Shown here: piece by piece, positions 50,964-61,355 of the stretch
How positions within the stretch are numbered: position 1 is the first letter of the stretch
Layout: each line of letters opens with the position of its first letter
Source of the DNA: Fimbriimonadales bacterium
GTDB taxonomy: Bacteria > Armatimonadota > Fimbriimonadia > Fimbriimonadales > JABRVX01
DNA: 64,000 bases
Assembly (NCBI GenBank): GCA_045862955.1
Contig: BTVI01000003.1
Coordinates: 47,552-111,551, forward strand
Reading direction: 5' to 3'
Program-made: the position numbers and the translations under genes
The notes under the pieces: model-generated
What the model was told of the DNA's origin: nothing
What the model saw: only the letters and a program-made list of their open reading frames with translations
Database searches by the model: none

Positions 50964-52718
50964 ATGCGCTTGAGAAGGTTGACGTCCCTGCTCGTTAGTT
51001 TGATGGCCCTTGCGTTGCTCTTCCTCGTCCCGGGCTGCGGCGGGGGCGGGGGGCTGAACTTCGGCTCGCTGCAGTTCGTAGTGCAGTGGGCCGGCGACGG
51101 CCCGAACGGCGAGACACCCGGCAGCGTTCGCGTCACGCTTTTCCGGGGCACGCAGCAGGTGGCGCAGGGCCTCATCCCGCGCACGGGGCCTGCGGATGCG
51201 GGCGAATTCGGTTCTCTCGCGCCGGCCACCTATCGCGTCTCTGCCGAAGCGTTCACCTCCTCCGATGGCTCCGGCACGGCCTTCGCCTCCATCGACACGC
51301 TAAAGCAGGTTACGGCTGGGCTGCCTACGATGTTCGTGTCGGCTGTGGGTACAGCACCGACGTCGGTGTCGGTGACACCTTCCACCGTGACCGTCCGGGT
51401 GGGAGAGACCGTGCGCCTGTTTGCGATGGCCAAGGACGCCACGGGGTCCGCGGTGTATGCGGCACCGGGCAGCTTCGAGTGGAGCTCTGCGGACGAGGAG
51501 ATCGCCGTGGTGGACGCGGGGGGACTCGTGCGCGGCATGTCCACGGGTGCCACCACCATCACCGCTCGCTACGTGCCGACAGACCTCAGCGCGCAGGCAG
51601 GCGTGACCGTAAGTGGCGGCACGCGGACCAAGTACACCATTCTGGTCTTCCTGAACGCGGCGAACGACCTGGACACGTACTCGGACTTGAACGTGAATCA
51701 GATGGAAATCGCGGCGAGCAACCCACAGGTGCGCATCGTCGTACAGTGGAAGCGCATCGGTCAGTTCTCCCCGCCTTGGACCGGAACGAGGCGCTATCTG
51801 ATCGTGCATGACACCAATCCCAACGTCGTCAACTCTCAGCTACTGGAAGAGATGGGCCCGAACGTGGACATGGGAGACTGGCGAACGCTGCGAGATTTCG
51901 TGGATTGGGGAATGAGCAGCTATCCGGCGGATCACACGGTGTTAGTGATGTGGGATCACGGCTCGGGTTGGCGTACCCGCGCGGCGGGCGGCTCGCGCGG
52001 TGTGTCGTTCGACGATGGCACCGGTAACTACATCAAGACATGGGAGCTGGCACAAGCACTCGAAGCCACACCTAAGCTGGACATCCTGGCATGGGATGCC
52101 AGCCTGATGCAGATGCTGGAGGTGGCCTACGAGGTGAAAGACGTCGTAAACTACGTCGTGGGGTCGGAGGAAAGCCCGCCGGGTGCCGGCTACCCCTACG
52201 ATGCCATCATAGCACGGCTTGCTGCGAACCACAACATGAGTCCGAGAGACTTCACCAAGGTGTTCGTGGAGGAGATGATCCGTGCGTACGGTACCAACTC
52301 GAACATCACCCAGTCGTCACTGGATGCATCGAAGCTGGGCGCCTTGGGAACGGCGGTGTCGTCGCTCGCAGACGTGCTGATAGCCAAGAGACCCTTCTAT
52401 GCGATACAGATGCAGAACGCGCGGCAGTCGGCGGAAAGCTACTCGTATTACCCCGAGTATAAGGACCTGAGCGATGTCTGTTCTCAGCTGGCGCAGAAGA
52501 CGGGTGACAACGACATAGCTAACGCTTGCGCCGTGGTGCAGGCGGCGGTCTCCGCCGCAGTGGTGGCAGAGGCGAGTGGGAGCCTGCATCCGAGAAGTCA
52601 TGGCGTTTCCATCAACTACCCCACCGCTGCGCAGTTCTCCACTCAGAGGTCGGCCTACAGCCTGCTCGCCTTTGCGCGACTGACATCATGGGATGAATGG
52701 CTGTTGGTTGCTCCCTAG
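50964..52718 (+). CDS. Clostripain-family (C11) peptidase-like lipoprotein with an Ig-like domain
   Basis: Lipobox PGCGGGG, Ig-like segment, AANDL, DMGD, WDHGSGW, WDASLMQMLEVAYE, GSEE. Confidence 0.85.
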   Translation: MRLRRLTSLLVSLMALALLFLVPGCGGGGGLNFGSLQFVVQWAGDGPNGETPGSVRVTLFRGTQQVAQGLIPRTGPADAGEFGSLAPATYRVSAEAFTSSDGSGTAFASIDTLKQVTAGLPTMFVSAVGTAPTSVSVTPSTVTVRVGETVRLFAMAKDATGSAVYAAPGSFEWSSADEEIAVVDAGGLVRGMSTGATTITARYVPTDLSAQAGVTVSGGTRTKYTILVFLNAANDLDTYSDLNVNQMEIAASNPQVRIVVQWKRIGQFSPPWTGTRRYLIVHDTNPNVVNSQLLEEMGPNVDMGDWRTLRDFVDWGMSSYPADHTVLVMWDHGSGWRTRAAGGSRGVSFDDGTGNYIKTWELAQALEATPKLDILAWDASLMQMLEVAYEVKDVVNYVVGSEESPPGAGYPYDAIIARLAANHNMSPRDFTKVFVEEMIRAYGTNSNITQSSLDASKLGALGTAVSSLADVLIAKRPFYAIQMQNARQSAESYSYYPEYKDLSDVCSQLAQKTGDNDIANACAVVQAAVSAAVVAEASGSLHPRSHGVSINYPTAAQFSTQRSAYSLLAFARLTSWDEWLLVAP

Positions 52719-52728
52719 GACGGTACTG

Positions 52729-55107
52729 ATGAACGTACGAAGTCTGCGTTCTGTTTGTGCGTTTCTGTTCGCATCGCTCGGCGCCACCTCTCATGCCGTG
52801 TTCTCTGGCACCTACGTAGACGCATCGGGCCAGGCGCATGCCTGGCAGGTGTCCGCCGAGAACGCGCTGATCTGGGATGGGCAGCCCTGGGTGCCGCTAG
52901 GACCTATCGTACCGGCCTCAGAGACGGATCGCCTAGCAGCCGTTGCGTCGGCAGGGTTGACAGGCGTGTTGCTGCGCTTCCCGCTGGACGCGCCGCTGGC
53001 TGCGGTTACGGATGCCGCGGAGAAAGCAGGTCTACCTTACGTGCTGTCCCCGGAGGGGGCTGCACCTATGGCCTCGGGGCACTTCGTGATGCCGCAGTCC
53101 TACCGAGTAGCTAACATCAAAGGAGAGATGGACCTGCGATTGCGCGTGCCAGGGTCAGACACCACCTTTTGGGTGCTGGTAGAGGCAGATACCTATGGCA
53201 TCGTGACGGTTGGCCATGCCAAAGTGGACGCAGGGTTCGCTACCATACTGGTCAGGCCGAGGCGAACCGGCAATTACGTCTTGCTGCTCTATCCGCACGC
53301 TACGGCCGGCAACGTCGTGGACCTGTGGGAAGGGTATGACCTACGGCGCGACACGCTGTTAGCGAAGTTGCGTGCAGCGCGGCTCGGTCCTGGCCTGCGA
53401 GCGATCGCGGACCCCCTGGGGGAGCATCCCAACTGGTACGACTTCCGTCGCCGCTTCGTTCCCGAGTCGGCCCTGTTCCGGCTCGAGTTCGAAAGGTACC
53501 TATCTCGCACGTATGGTGCCGTTCACAAGCTGGCAGAACGGTGGCAGTTACAGGGAATGGACCTCGACAGCTTCGGTGAGGCCGCTCGTATGGTACCCCT
53601 CTTCGCCGAGGGCCGCGGCATTCCCTATCTCTGGGATCCCGATACGGACAAGCTGCGCGCAGTGGCCCGAACGTCGAAATACTGGCAGGATATGGAGGCG
53701 TTTCTACAGGGTGCCGCCGTAGAGCGGGCCTCGAACCTTGCCGCGGCTCTTCGCCGCGTGGCGGATGTTCCGGTGGTGTACACCTGGCGGGGTTGGTCGG
53801 CAACGACGCAGGACAAAACCGCCTCCGGGCAGGGGTTAGGTATCACCGGCTTCGGTAGCGGGTTCTCGGCCGCTTCCACCTATGGCGCACATGCCGTGGG
53901 TGCTTCGCTGACGTGGCTCGAGCCTCCATGGCTACCCGCGCTCGTCATCGCACCGGATCCGTCTGGTGGTAGGTACGATTCGGCGAGTCCGTGCGCCAGT
54001 GCAGTGGCCGCGTTGGCTTCGGTCGGTGCCAAAGGATTTTTCGTGCGGAGTGCACTCGATGATGACAGCCTCCGAGCACTCGTCGCGGCCTCCCATGGCA
54101 TCGCTGACGCCGGCTACAGCCCGAAGACACTGGAGTTTCCCGAGACCGCGCAGACACCCGCGGACGTCATGCAACTGCCCGGAGGTGTGTGGTGGGTGCC
54201 GAGCCCTCGCGCGGGTGCGAGGCTCGACTTCGGTGAGACGCTCGAGGCGTACCGCATCACACGACCAGACGGCACCGCTACGGTGTTGTGGTCGCGCGCA
54301 GGTCGCCAGCAGGTCTCACTTCGTGCCTTCGAGCCTCGCAGCGTGCGCGTAGCCGCAGCCGACGCAACCCTGATCGAGCCCAGGGTGCGCCGCGACGGCC
54401 TCACGGTAGTGGTAGACGAGTCGCCGATCGTACTCCTAACACAGGGAGAGATCCCCGTGCCCGAAGTGGTGTTCAAAGAGACCGACGACGCCCTGCGCGC
54501 CCTGTTCAAGGATGATACATTGGTAGGGACGGACCTGTCGGACCTGAAGTATGACTACAACCTCGCAGTCGAGAGTGCTCCTCGCAGCCCCGGTGCGGCC
54601 TACTTGAAGCTGCGCGAGGTGTATTGGAAGCTGTTAGGTCGCCTCGGGCGATACATCTGGATCGAAGGTGAGTCGCCCTCGAAAACCACCTTCGGCTATG
54701 TGGAGTCCTCTGCTGCTGCGATGGAGGGCAGTTGCCTGGTAGTGGATACCCCCTTCGAGCCGTTAGGCGGCGCGTACACCGCATCCTATGTGGTCAACGT
54801 TCCGAGCGATAGCACGATGCAGCTCTATCTAGCCGGTAGCCTGCACGAAGGGGGCACTCTGCGGTTCGAGTTTCAGATCGACGACGGGACACCGGTGCCA
54901 TTTCGCTCAGAGCCCCTCTCGAGGTACGGTGGGCGATTCGCATGGTACGACGGTGGGGTGGTATCTCTGAAAAAGGGCAGGCGTACACTAACTATCTCAG
55001 TACGTGGTGAGCCCGGGGCCTACTATGACGCCGCGATCGATGCCATCACGCTGACCACGGGCAGCTTCCGTCCCGTCGGCACCCGAAAACCCTCAGTCAC
55101 CAAGTGA
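52729..55107 (+). CDS. Large secreted hypothetical protein (possible glycosidase-like barrel plus C-terminal carbohydrate-binding-like domain)
   Basis: Signal peptide; FERYLSRTYGAVHKLAERW resembles a GH42-type segment; C-terminal IWIEGE...IDAITLT beta-sandwich pattern. Confidence 0.7.
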   Translation: MNVRSLRSVCAFLFASLGATSHAVFSGTYVDASGQAHAWQVSAENALIWDGQPWVPLGPIVPASETDRLAAVASAGLTGVLLRFPLDAPLAAVTDAAEKAGLPYVLSPEGAAPMASGHFVMPQSYRVANIKGEMDLRLRVPGSDTTFWVLVEADTYGIVTVGHAKVDAGFATILVRPRRTGNYVLLLYPHATAGNVVDLWEGYDLRRDTLLAKLRAARLGPGLRAIADPLGEHPNWYDFRRRFVPESALFRLEFERYLSRTYGAVHKLAERWQLQGMDLDSFGEAARMVPLFAEGRGIPYLWDPDTDKLRAVARTSKYWQDMEAFLQGAAVERASNLAAALRRVADVPVVYTWRGWSATTQDKTASGQGLGITGFGSGFSAASTYGAHAVGASLTWLEPPWLPALVIAPDPSGGRYDSASPCASAVAALASVGAKGFFVRSALDDDSLRALVAASHGIADAGYSPKTLEFPETAQTPADVMQLPGGVWWVPSPRAGARLDFGETLEAYRITRPDGTATVLWSRAGRQQVSLRAFEPRSVRVAAADATLIEPRVRRDGLTVVVDESPIVLLTQGEIPVPEVVFKETDDALRALFKDDTLVGTDLSDLKYDYNLAVESAPRSPGAAYLKLREVYWKLLGRLGRYIWIEGESPSKTTFGYVESSAAAMEGSCLVVDTPFEPLGGAYTASYVVNVPSDSTMQLYLAGSLHEGGTLRFEFQIDDGTPVPFRSEPLSRYGGRFAWYDGGVVSLKKGRRTLTISVRGEPGAYYDAAIDAITLTTGSFRPVGTRKPSVTK

Positions 55108-55644
55108 CCGCCCAGCCTGACAGCTGCAGCCCTCTCTCTTGCCTTTGTGCCACTCGCTTAGCCTCTGCCCGCGACAGCCAACATGGGTTTCGACAGTAGC
55201 GCCAGAGGCATGGCTCATAGAGCGACCCCTGAGCCCGTCCAACCCGCGACATGCTGCAATTTTCCTGATATTCTGCACCCGGTACTGCTGAGGGTCCTTG
55301 GATGTTGGACGAGTGTGCTCCGCCTTCGGGCCCAGTGGGTCGGTCTTGCGACTGGCGTCGGTTGACGGCGTCTTTAGCGTGGATGCCGCTAGCGGTCCTT
55401 GTGGTGGCCCTAGCCGCCGGCATCGCGAGCAAGCTGATAGGGTAGCAGTTGGCCCCAAGCACTGCCTCTTCACTCCGTTGGGCCTTCATCACTCACCCCA
55501 CCTGCCCGAAGCGCGCGCAACTGGAAGCGGCGACAAGGCGCATCCTGGGATTGAAGTCCTCGACTGATCGAAGTCCGCCGATCGGGCTACCTGTTCTGTG
55601 CCCACTGTTCCCCGAGCCTGGCAGGCCGAAGTAGCCGGTCAGCA

Positions 55645-57564
55645 TTAGCGCGCAGGTGTCAGTCGAACTGCCGCGCCGCCGCAGGGTGCCAGGGGGACTG
55701 TTATCACGTCTCGCGACGTGACGGCGAGCGTCTCGACTAGCATCTTCTCCGGATGCTCGTCGGCATCCGGGGCGTCCCGAAACACCTGTGCACTGAACCG
55801 CCCATCGCCTAGCATGGTCAGGGGCACATCCACCGTCCTCGCTCGTGAATCCGTCATCGCACCGATGTACCACTCGTTTCCGGAGCGCCTTGCGAGCACG
55901 ATGTACTCGCCTACCGAGCCCGCCAGGTACCGGGTCTCGTCCCACGTGGTAGGTACCGTGCGAAGGAACTCCAGGCCCGACTGTCCACGATAGTGGGACG
56001 GGTGGTCGCACACGCACATGTAAGGGCTCTCGTACACCACGAACAGCGCCAGCTCGTTCGCCCTGGTGCCCATCACCTGTGTAGGACTGCCCATGCGGAA
56101 CTGCTCGGGCGTGCGATTCAGGAATCCACCCGGGGTGTAGTCCATCGGACCGCAAAGCATGCGCGTGAATGGTAGCGTCACCTTATGCTCGGGAGTGCAA
56201 CGGGTAGAGAACTTGTTGTACTCATTGCCCAACACCCCCTCGCGTGTCATCAGATTCGGGTAGGTGCGTCGTAGTCCCGTGGGCTTATATGCACCGTGGA
56301 AGTCAATCATCAATCGGTGCTTTGCTGCTTTCCGAACCACCTTCTCGTACCAGTTCACCATCTCCTGATCGTCCCGCTGCATGAAGTCGATCTTCACGCC
56401 TGCGATCCCCCACTTCTCGAAAAGTGCAAAGGCCTCGTCCAGCTTGCGATCCAGGTCGGACCACCACGTCCACAGCCACAAGCGCACACCCTTCGACGCG
56501 GCATAGCGTATCAGCTCCTGCATATCCAACTGCGGGATCACCCGTGTTACGTCCGAATCGGGCTTGTCCGGCTCTCCATACCACTGCCAGTCTATCAGTT
56601 GGTATGGCCACCCCATCTCCCCCGCAAAGTCTATGTACAGCTTGTTGGTCTCCATGTCCATCTTGGCGTCGCCGGTCCACCAGTGGTCCCAGGCCGACAT
56701 GCCAGGGCGAATCCAAGACGTATCCTCGATGGCGCAGGGCCTGCTCAGGTTCAGGATGAGGTTCGACTCGATTAGCTTGCCAGGGTGCTCGCCTATCATC
56801 AGCACGCGCCAGGGCGAGTAGTGAGGGGTGCGCGCTGCTACCAGACCTTGGCCCGAGGGAAGAGGGGATACGATCGTCCGTACGGCCGAGACTTCTCCCT
56901 CAGCGGACGGTGCCACCCCACACACATACATGCCTGCCCAATCGGTCAGCTCCGCCTCGGTGATGGCCACATAGGCGTGCTGGGTCCTCACGAGCAGCGG
57001 CATCCCGATGATGTCGGTGGGCTTCAGGTCACGCATCGTGCCCTTCGCGTACTCCGACTCCTGGTGCGACACGTAGGAGCCGTGGTTCGCGGCCCACACG
57101 GTCGGGTTGCTGGCAAACCGAAACTCGGTGTCCTCACGCAGCAGGGTGAAGCGTTCCATCCCCTCCTGCCTCGGCAGAAACACTCGGAATGCCACCCCAT
57201 CATCGTACGCGCGCGCTATCACGTCGAACGTCAGTCCCGAGGCTTCCCGGAAGGACACCCGCATCTCGTTACACTCGTCCCGCACCCGCTTGCTCTTGCC
57301 GCACACGGTCTCCCACTCGCGCGAGATGCGCGAGCGCGTGACTTTCGTCACCACGGGCTCGACACCCAGTGTGAGAGCACCCTCGAACTCCATCCGGATC
57401 GGCGATTCGAGCACGAGGGCTCTCCCGTCCAGCTCGATGGAGTAGGCAAGCGGCGGTCTGGCGTGTAGCTCGAAGCGCAAGGACTCGTCGGGCGATATAA
57501 CGGCGAGATCGGCAGGGATTTGGTTAGCAGCCATAAGTATTGCGGTGATAAGGTTCAGGATCAT
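55645..57564 (-). CDS. GH97-family alpha-glucosidase/galactosidase
   Basis: RAYDDGVAFR, SWIRPG, YIDFA, GVKIDFM, DFHG, TREGV, PFTRMLCGPMDYTPG. Confidence 0.93.
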   Translation of the reverse strand: MILNLITAILMAANQIPADLAVISPDESLRFELHARPPLAYSIELDGRALVLESPIRMEFEGALTLGVEPVVTKVTRSRISREWETVCGKSKRVRDECNEMRVSFREASGLTFDVIARAYDDGVAFRVFLPRQEGMERFTLLREDTEFRFASNPTVWAANHGSYVSHQESEYAKGTMRDLKPTDIIGMPLLVRTQHAYVAITEAELTDWAGMYVCGVAPSAEGEVSAVRTIVSPLPSGQGLVAARTPHYSPWRVLMIGEHPGKLIESNLILNLSRPCAIEDTSWIRPGMSAWDHWWTGDAKMDMETNKLYIDFAGEMGWPYQLIDWQWYGEPDKPDSDVTRVIPQLDMQELIRYAASKGVRLWLWTWWSDLDRKLDEAFALFEKWGIAGVKIDFMQRDDQEMVNWYEKVVRKAAKHRLMIDFHGAYKPTGLRRTYPNLMTREGVLGNEYNKFSTRCTPEHKVTLPFTRMLCGPMDYTPGGFLNRTPEQFRMGSPTQVMGTRANELALFVVYESPYMCVCDHPSHYRGQSGLEFLRTVPTTWDETRYLAGSVGEYIVLARRSGNEWYIGAMTDSRARTVDVPLTMLGDGRFSAQVFRDAPDADEHPEKMLVETLAVTSRDVITVPLAPCGGAAVRLTPAR

Positions 57565-57765
57565 TCCCAGCACGGATTCGATGTTGCCTTGCGGACACCT
57601 CCCACGCCCTCAAGCACCCTGCAAAGATTGCCGATAACTACCTTGCGCCCTACCCCGGCATCTCCGCCGGAAAGCGACGTCCTGTAGGTTCTCACCGGGC
57701 TCCGTCACGCCTCGATGTGGAAGAGGTTCGACGAGGGACTGTGCCTTTGGTGAGAGGAGGCTGGA

Positions 57766-58215
57766 ATGTTTCAGGCTGTCCGCAGAATCAGCATCGAGAG
57801 CTACGCGATTGCCTTCATCGCGTTGCTGGACCTGGTTGTCACTATCATGCTGGTCGGTGGAGAACACGCCTACGAGGGCAATCCCCTGATGCGGTACTAC
57901 CTCGGTCATGGTGTGGAGTCCTTCATCTTCGCTAAGCTCGTCTTTACTGCTATGCCCATCATCATCCTGGAGTGGGCGCGCAGACATCGGCCGGATTTCG
58001 TTCGTCGGGTCTCACGCCTGGCCATTGTCGGGTACGTCGGGTTATACGCAGTGATGTTCGTCAAAGTAAACGTCCCGACCATCGTAGCTCAGTATCACCG
58101 CCCGCAGTATCACTGGATCGAGATGCCGCTACCGAACGCCGAGGACATTACCACCACGGGCCCGCTCATTATGGGACCGGTACTTCTCGTGCAGAATTCC
58201 TGGCACGCCGACTGA
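57766..58215 (+). CDS. Small membrane protein (DUF5658-like)
   Basis: LDLVVT...EGNPLM...FIFAK; GAGGAGG RBS. Confidence 0.72.
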   Translation: MFQAVRRISIESYAIAFIALLDLVVTIMLVGGEHAYEGNPLMRYYLGHGVESFIFAKLVFTAMPIIILEWARRHRPDFVRRVSRLAIVGYVGLYAVMFVKVNVPTIVAQYHRPQYHWIEMPLPNAEDITTTGPLIMGPVLLVQNSWHAD

Positions 58216-59542
58216 GGAACATATCGCCGTAGAACGACCACTGCGTGCTGGTTTGGTTGATGCGCCGGATCCACGCGCAGTAGACATACCTGCTGTCGGC
58301 CCCTACCCCAATGAAGTCGAGATTCGGTCGCACACAGAGGAACGGCTCAGGGGTAACTGCATCGGGCTTCTCCCACTTATCGGAAGAGTAGTGCGCCTGC
58401 GTATGATAGACGCTCCACTTGCTGTTCAGCACACCGGGGTTCTGGCCGAAGCGGTTGTCGAACCACACGACGTGCACGTCGCCATGCGGGTCCACGCACG
58501 CCCATGGCTGGTGCTGGATGTAGTAGGGAAAGATGGTGGAATTGTTAGTCCAACGCGTGGCTTCGTATTGTCGAATGGCCGACACGATGTCGCTAAGCGG
58601 AGCCACCGTCCGAGCAGGTTCCCAGGTTAGTCCACCGTCACGACTGCGTCGGTAGTACAGCAGGAGCGCCTTTCGCGGCTGACCGTCCACCATGACGTTG
58701 GCATAATTCTGATACACCGCGATGAACGTGTCGTTGGGTGCGCTAACAATAGGTATCTGTGCCAGCCACCGCTCCTGCGTGTCTCCAATGGCCGAGTCGT
58801 AGGTGGCCAGAACGGTGTGATTGGTGAACGTCTGCCCACCGTCCGCCGAACGAGCCACCTTAAACTGCCGCACCGTGTTGCGGTCGGTCGAGGTGTTCCA
58901 CCCTGCGACGGTGATGTTGTCGTTGCATGCAATCGAAGGGTCTACGGCCTCGCTTCCTACCACCTCGTCGTCTACGCGCACGTACCCGCTGAAGTTTGCG
59001 CCGCCATCCGCGCTCGTCGAGAAGATGACGCCCTTCGACACGGGCCCACCGATGTAACCGTCCGAGTACACGATGTCTATGTTGTTTCCTCGGAAGCCGA
59101 ACCACTCCCGGTCGTACGGCCCGGTCAGCACCTTCTTCACTTGATAGAAGCTCGACCCGTAGTTGTCGGACACGGCGCACACCAACCCGTCAATTGCCGA
59201 GGTCATGTACACCACGTACACCCGCCCGTCCGGGCCCACCTCTACCTGGAAGTCACAGCATGCGCTCGTGAACGACCGGCTGACCGGAAACGTCTTGCCC
59301 CAATCGGACGAGGCGTAGAACACCCCCACGCCGCTCTGACCGTTCAGAATATGGCCCGTGACGTACACGTGGCCCTGGTCGTCCGTTGCGACGTAGCACT
59401 CGCCCGCCCGCCCGAGCGAGGTGTGCTCCCACTTCGGGACGGCTAGGCTTCGCTCGTCGTCTCGTATCTGCCCACCGATCTGAGTTTGAGCGGCCGCCGG
59501 GCAAGCTGCCGTCAACGCCAACAGGTACGCGATTGCCTTCAC
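58169..59542 (-). CDS. Secreted Asp-box (sialidase-like) beta-propeller protein
   Basis: Signal peptide; SSDWGKTF, SDNYGSSF, SADGGANF, SADGGQTF, SRDGGLTW. Confidence 0.82.
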   Translation of the reverse strand: MKAIAYLLALTAACPAAAQTQIGGQIRDDERSLAVPKWEHTSLGRAGECYVATDDQGHVYVTGHILNGQSGVGVFYASSDWGKTFPVSRSFTSACCDFQVEVGPDGRVYVVYMTSAIDGLVCAVSDNYGSSFYQVKKVLTGPYDREWFGFRGNNIDIVYSDGYIGGPVSKGVIFSTSADGGANFSGYVRVDDEVVGSEAVDPSIACNDNITVAGWNTSTDRNTVRQFKVARSADGGQTFTNHTVLATYDSAIGDTQERWLAQIPIVSAPNDTFIAVYQNYANVMVDGQPRKALLLYYRRSRDGGLTWEPARTVAPLSDIVSAIRQYEATRWTNNSTIFPYYIQHQPWACVDPHGDVHVVWFDNRFGQNPGVLNSKWSVYHTQAHYSSDKWEKPDAVTPEPFLCVRPNLDFIGVGADSRYVYCAWIRRINQTSTQWSFYGDMFLSRRARNSAREVPVP

Positions 59543-59737
59543 GAGTTCACCTCAGGGATCGAGTTCCAGCCTCTATGGTAGCCGAGCATCGCCCCTCGCG
59601 CCACCAATCGGCCGGATACCGGGATCAACACCGGCTCGCGGCTCTCGGTTCCGCAACCCGAGACCGGCAGACCTCCGGGCATCTCTCGACTCGGGCCCGG
59701 CGCGTCCGATATACTATGCTCCCGGAGGAAACCGGAA

Positions 59738-60934
59738 ATGAACCAGACCCTGCAGAATTGGCTGGCAAGCCAGCTCGACACCCTCAAGCAGCAGCACCTG
59801 TACAAAACCCCTCGCATCCTGGAGACCCCTGCCGGTGGGCGCGTCCGCATGAACGGCAAGGAAGTGGTCAACATGTCATCCAACAACTACCTCGGCCTAG
59901 CTAACCACCCGAAGGTGCGCGAGGCCTTCGTGAAGGCGGCGCAGGAGTGGGGAGTGGGTGCGGGAGCCGTGCGCTGGATCGGCGGCACCATGGCTGTTCA
60001 CGACGAACTCGAGCAGCGGCTCGCAAGGTTCAAAAAGGTGGAGGCGGTGCTAGTGTTCACCAGCGGGTTCACGGCGAACTCGGGCTGCATACCTGCCGTG
60101 ATGGTGGAAGGCGACGTCATCATATCCGACGAGTTGAATCATGCTAGCATCATCGACGGCGTGAGGCTCTCTTCCGCTGCCTACAAGAAGTCCGAGGGTT
60201 ACGTATATGCCCACAAGGACATGAACCACCTCGAGGATATCCTCAAGAAGACTCAGCACTTCTCCAAGCGCATGATCGTTACGGACGGCGTGTTCAGCAT
60301 GGACGGTGACATTGCGCCACTTCCCGATATCGTCGCACTGGCAGAGAAGTACGACGCACTGGTGATGGTGGACGATGCGCACGCGAGCGGGGTGTTAGGC
60401 AAAAACGGCGCGGGCTCGACCTCTCACTTCGATTTGTACGGGCGCGTGGACATTCAGCTCGGTACGCTTAGCAAGGCGCTGGGTGTCGTGGGTGGTTATA
60501 TCGCAGGGTCGCAGCTGCTGAAGGAGTGGCTGATCAATCGTGGCAGACCCTATCTGTTCAGCACGGCCCATCCGCCCGCAGTGGCTGCGGCGCTCATCGC
60601 GGCGATAGACATCATGGAGAACGACCCGGAGCCGATGAACCGCTTGTGGTCGAACGCGCGCAAGTGGAAGCAGGAGCTAGCAGGACTCGGCTTCGACACT
60701 ATGGGCTCGGAGACGCCGATTACCCCCGTGTACATAGGCGACGAGGCCAAAACGCAGGAAGCCGAACGGATGCTCTGGGACGAGGGCGTGTATGCGCTCG
60801 GCATCGTCTATCCGACGGTTCCACGAGGCAAAGCGCGCATCCGAACGATGCCCTCGGCGGCCCACACCGATCGGGACCTCGCTGATGCCCTCGAAGCCTT
60901 CCGCAAGGTCGGCAAAGCCCTCGGCCTGATCTAA
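59738..60934 (+). CDS. kbl: Glycine C-acetyltransferase (Kbl/BioF family)
   Basis: SNNYLGLANHP, NHASIIDG, DGVFSMDGD, DDAH, GTLSKALG. Confidence 0.88.
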   Translation: MNQTLQNWLASQLDTLKQQHLYKTPRILETPAGGRVRMNGKEVVNMSSNNYLGLANHPKVREAFVKAAQEWGVGAGAVRWIGGTMAVHDELEQRLARFKKVEAVLVFTSGFTANSGCIPAVMVEGDVIISDELNHASIIDGVRLSSAAYKKSEGYVYAHKDMNHLEDILKKTQHFSKRMIVTDGVFSMDGDIAPLPDIVALAEKYDALVMVDDAHASGVLGKNGAGSTSHFDLYGRVDIQLGTLSKALGVVGGYIAGSQLLKEWLINRGRPYLFSTAHPPAVAAALIAAIDIMENDPEPMNRLWSNARKWKQELAGLGFDTMGSETPITPVYIGDEAKTQEAERMLWDEGVYALGIVYPTVPRGKARIRTMPSAAHTDRDLADALEAFRKVGKALGLI

Positions 60935-60936
60935 CC

Positions 60937-61235
60937 CCCTCCCTCTCCCTTCCCAAGGGAGAGGGCAGGGGTGAGGGTTGTCTTTCCCCCCCCCTCTCCC
61001 TTCCCAAGGGAGAGGTTCGGGGTGAGGGTTGTCCCCGTCCCTCCCTCTCCCTTCCCAAGGGAGAGGGCAGGGGTGAGGGTTGTCCCCGTCCCTCCCTCTC
61101 CCTTCCCAAGGGAGAGGGCAAGGGTGAGGGTTGTCCCCGTCCCTCCCTCTCCCTTCCCAAGGGAGAGGGTCGGGGTGAGGGTTGCCCCCGTCCCTCCCTC
61201 GCCCTTCCCAAGGGAGAGGGTCGGGGTGAGGGTTG
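60937..61235. repeat. 51-bp palindromic tandem repeat x6
   Basis: CCCTCCCTCTCCCTTCCCAAGGGAGAGGGCAGGGGTGAGGGTTGTCCCCGT units at 60937, 60988, 61039, 61090, 61141 and 61192. Confidence 0.95.
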
Positions 61236-61355
61236 CCCAGTCCCCCCTCGCACACCCCGCATACGCAGGATGCCTCCCCGTCTTCGGCAGAGGCTATCAG
61301 TGGCTCGCCGTCCTCTCATTACCTCACGACCGCAGCAGGATGGGTCACCGGTGAC

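Noticed and set aside
14512..52718. Collagen-utilisation system (HypD plus GH65 plus clostripain-like protein)
   Set aside because: The genes are over 30 kb apart and GH65 specificity cannot be read from motifs; too speculative.
55108..55644. Possible gene or ncRNA in an about 540-bp gap between convergent genes
   Set aside because: Candidate ORFs lack recognisable motifs and no convincing RNA structure was seen; left unassigned.
60937..61235. CRISPR array
   Set aside because: Units are contiguous 51-mers with only about 8 variable bases and no unique spacers; no cas genes in the window.
60677..61354. Repeat-protein ORFs (NPHPDPLPWEGRGRDG and similar)
   Set aside because: By-products of the 51-bp DNA repeat being a multiple of 3; open in several frames and partly antisense to kbl.
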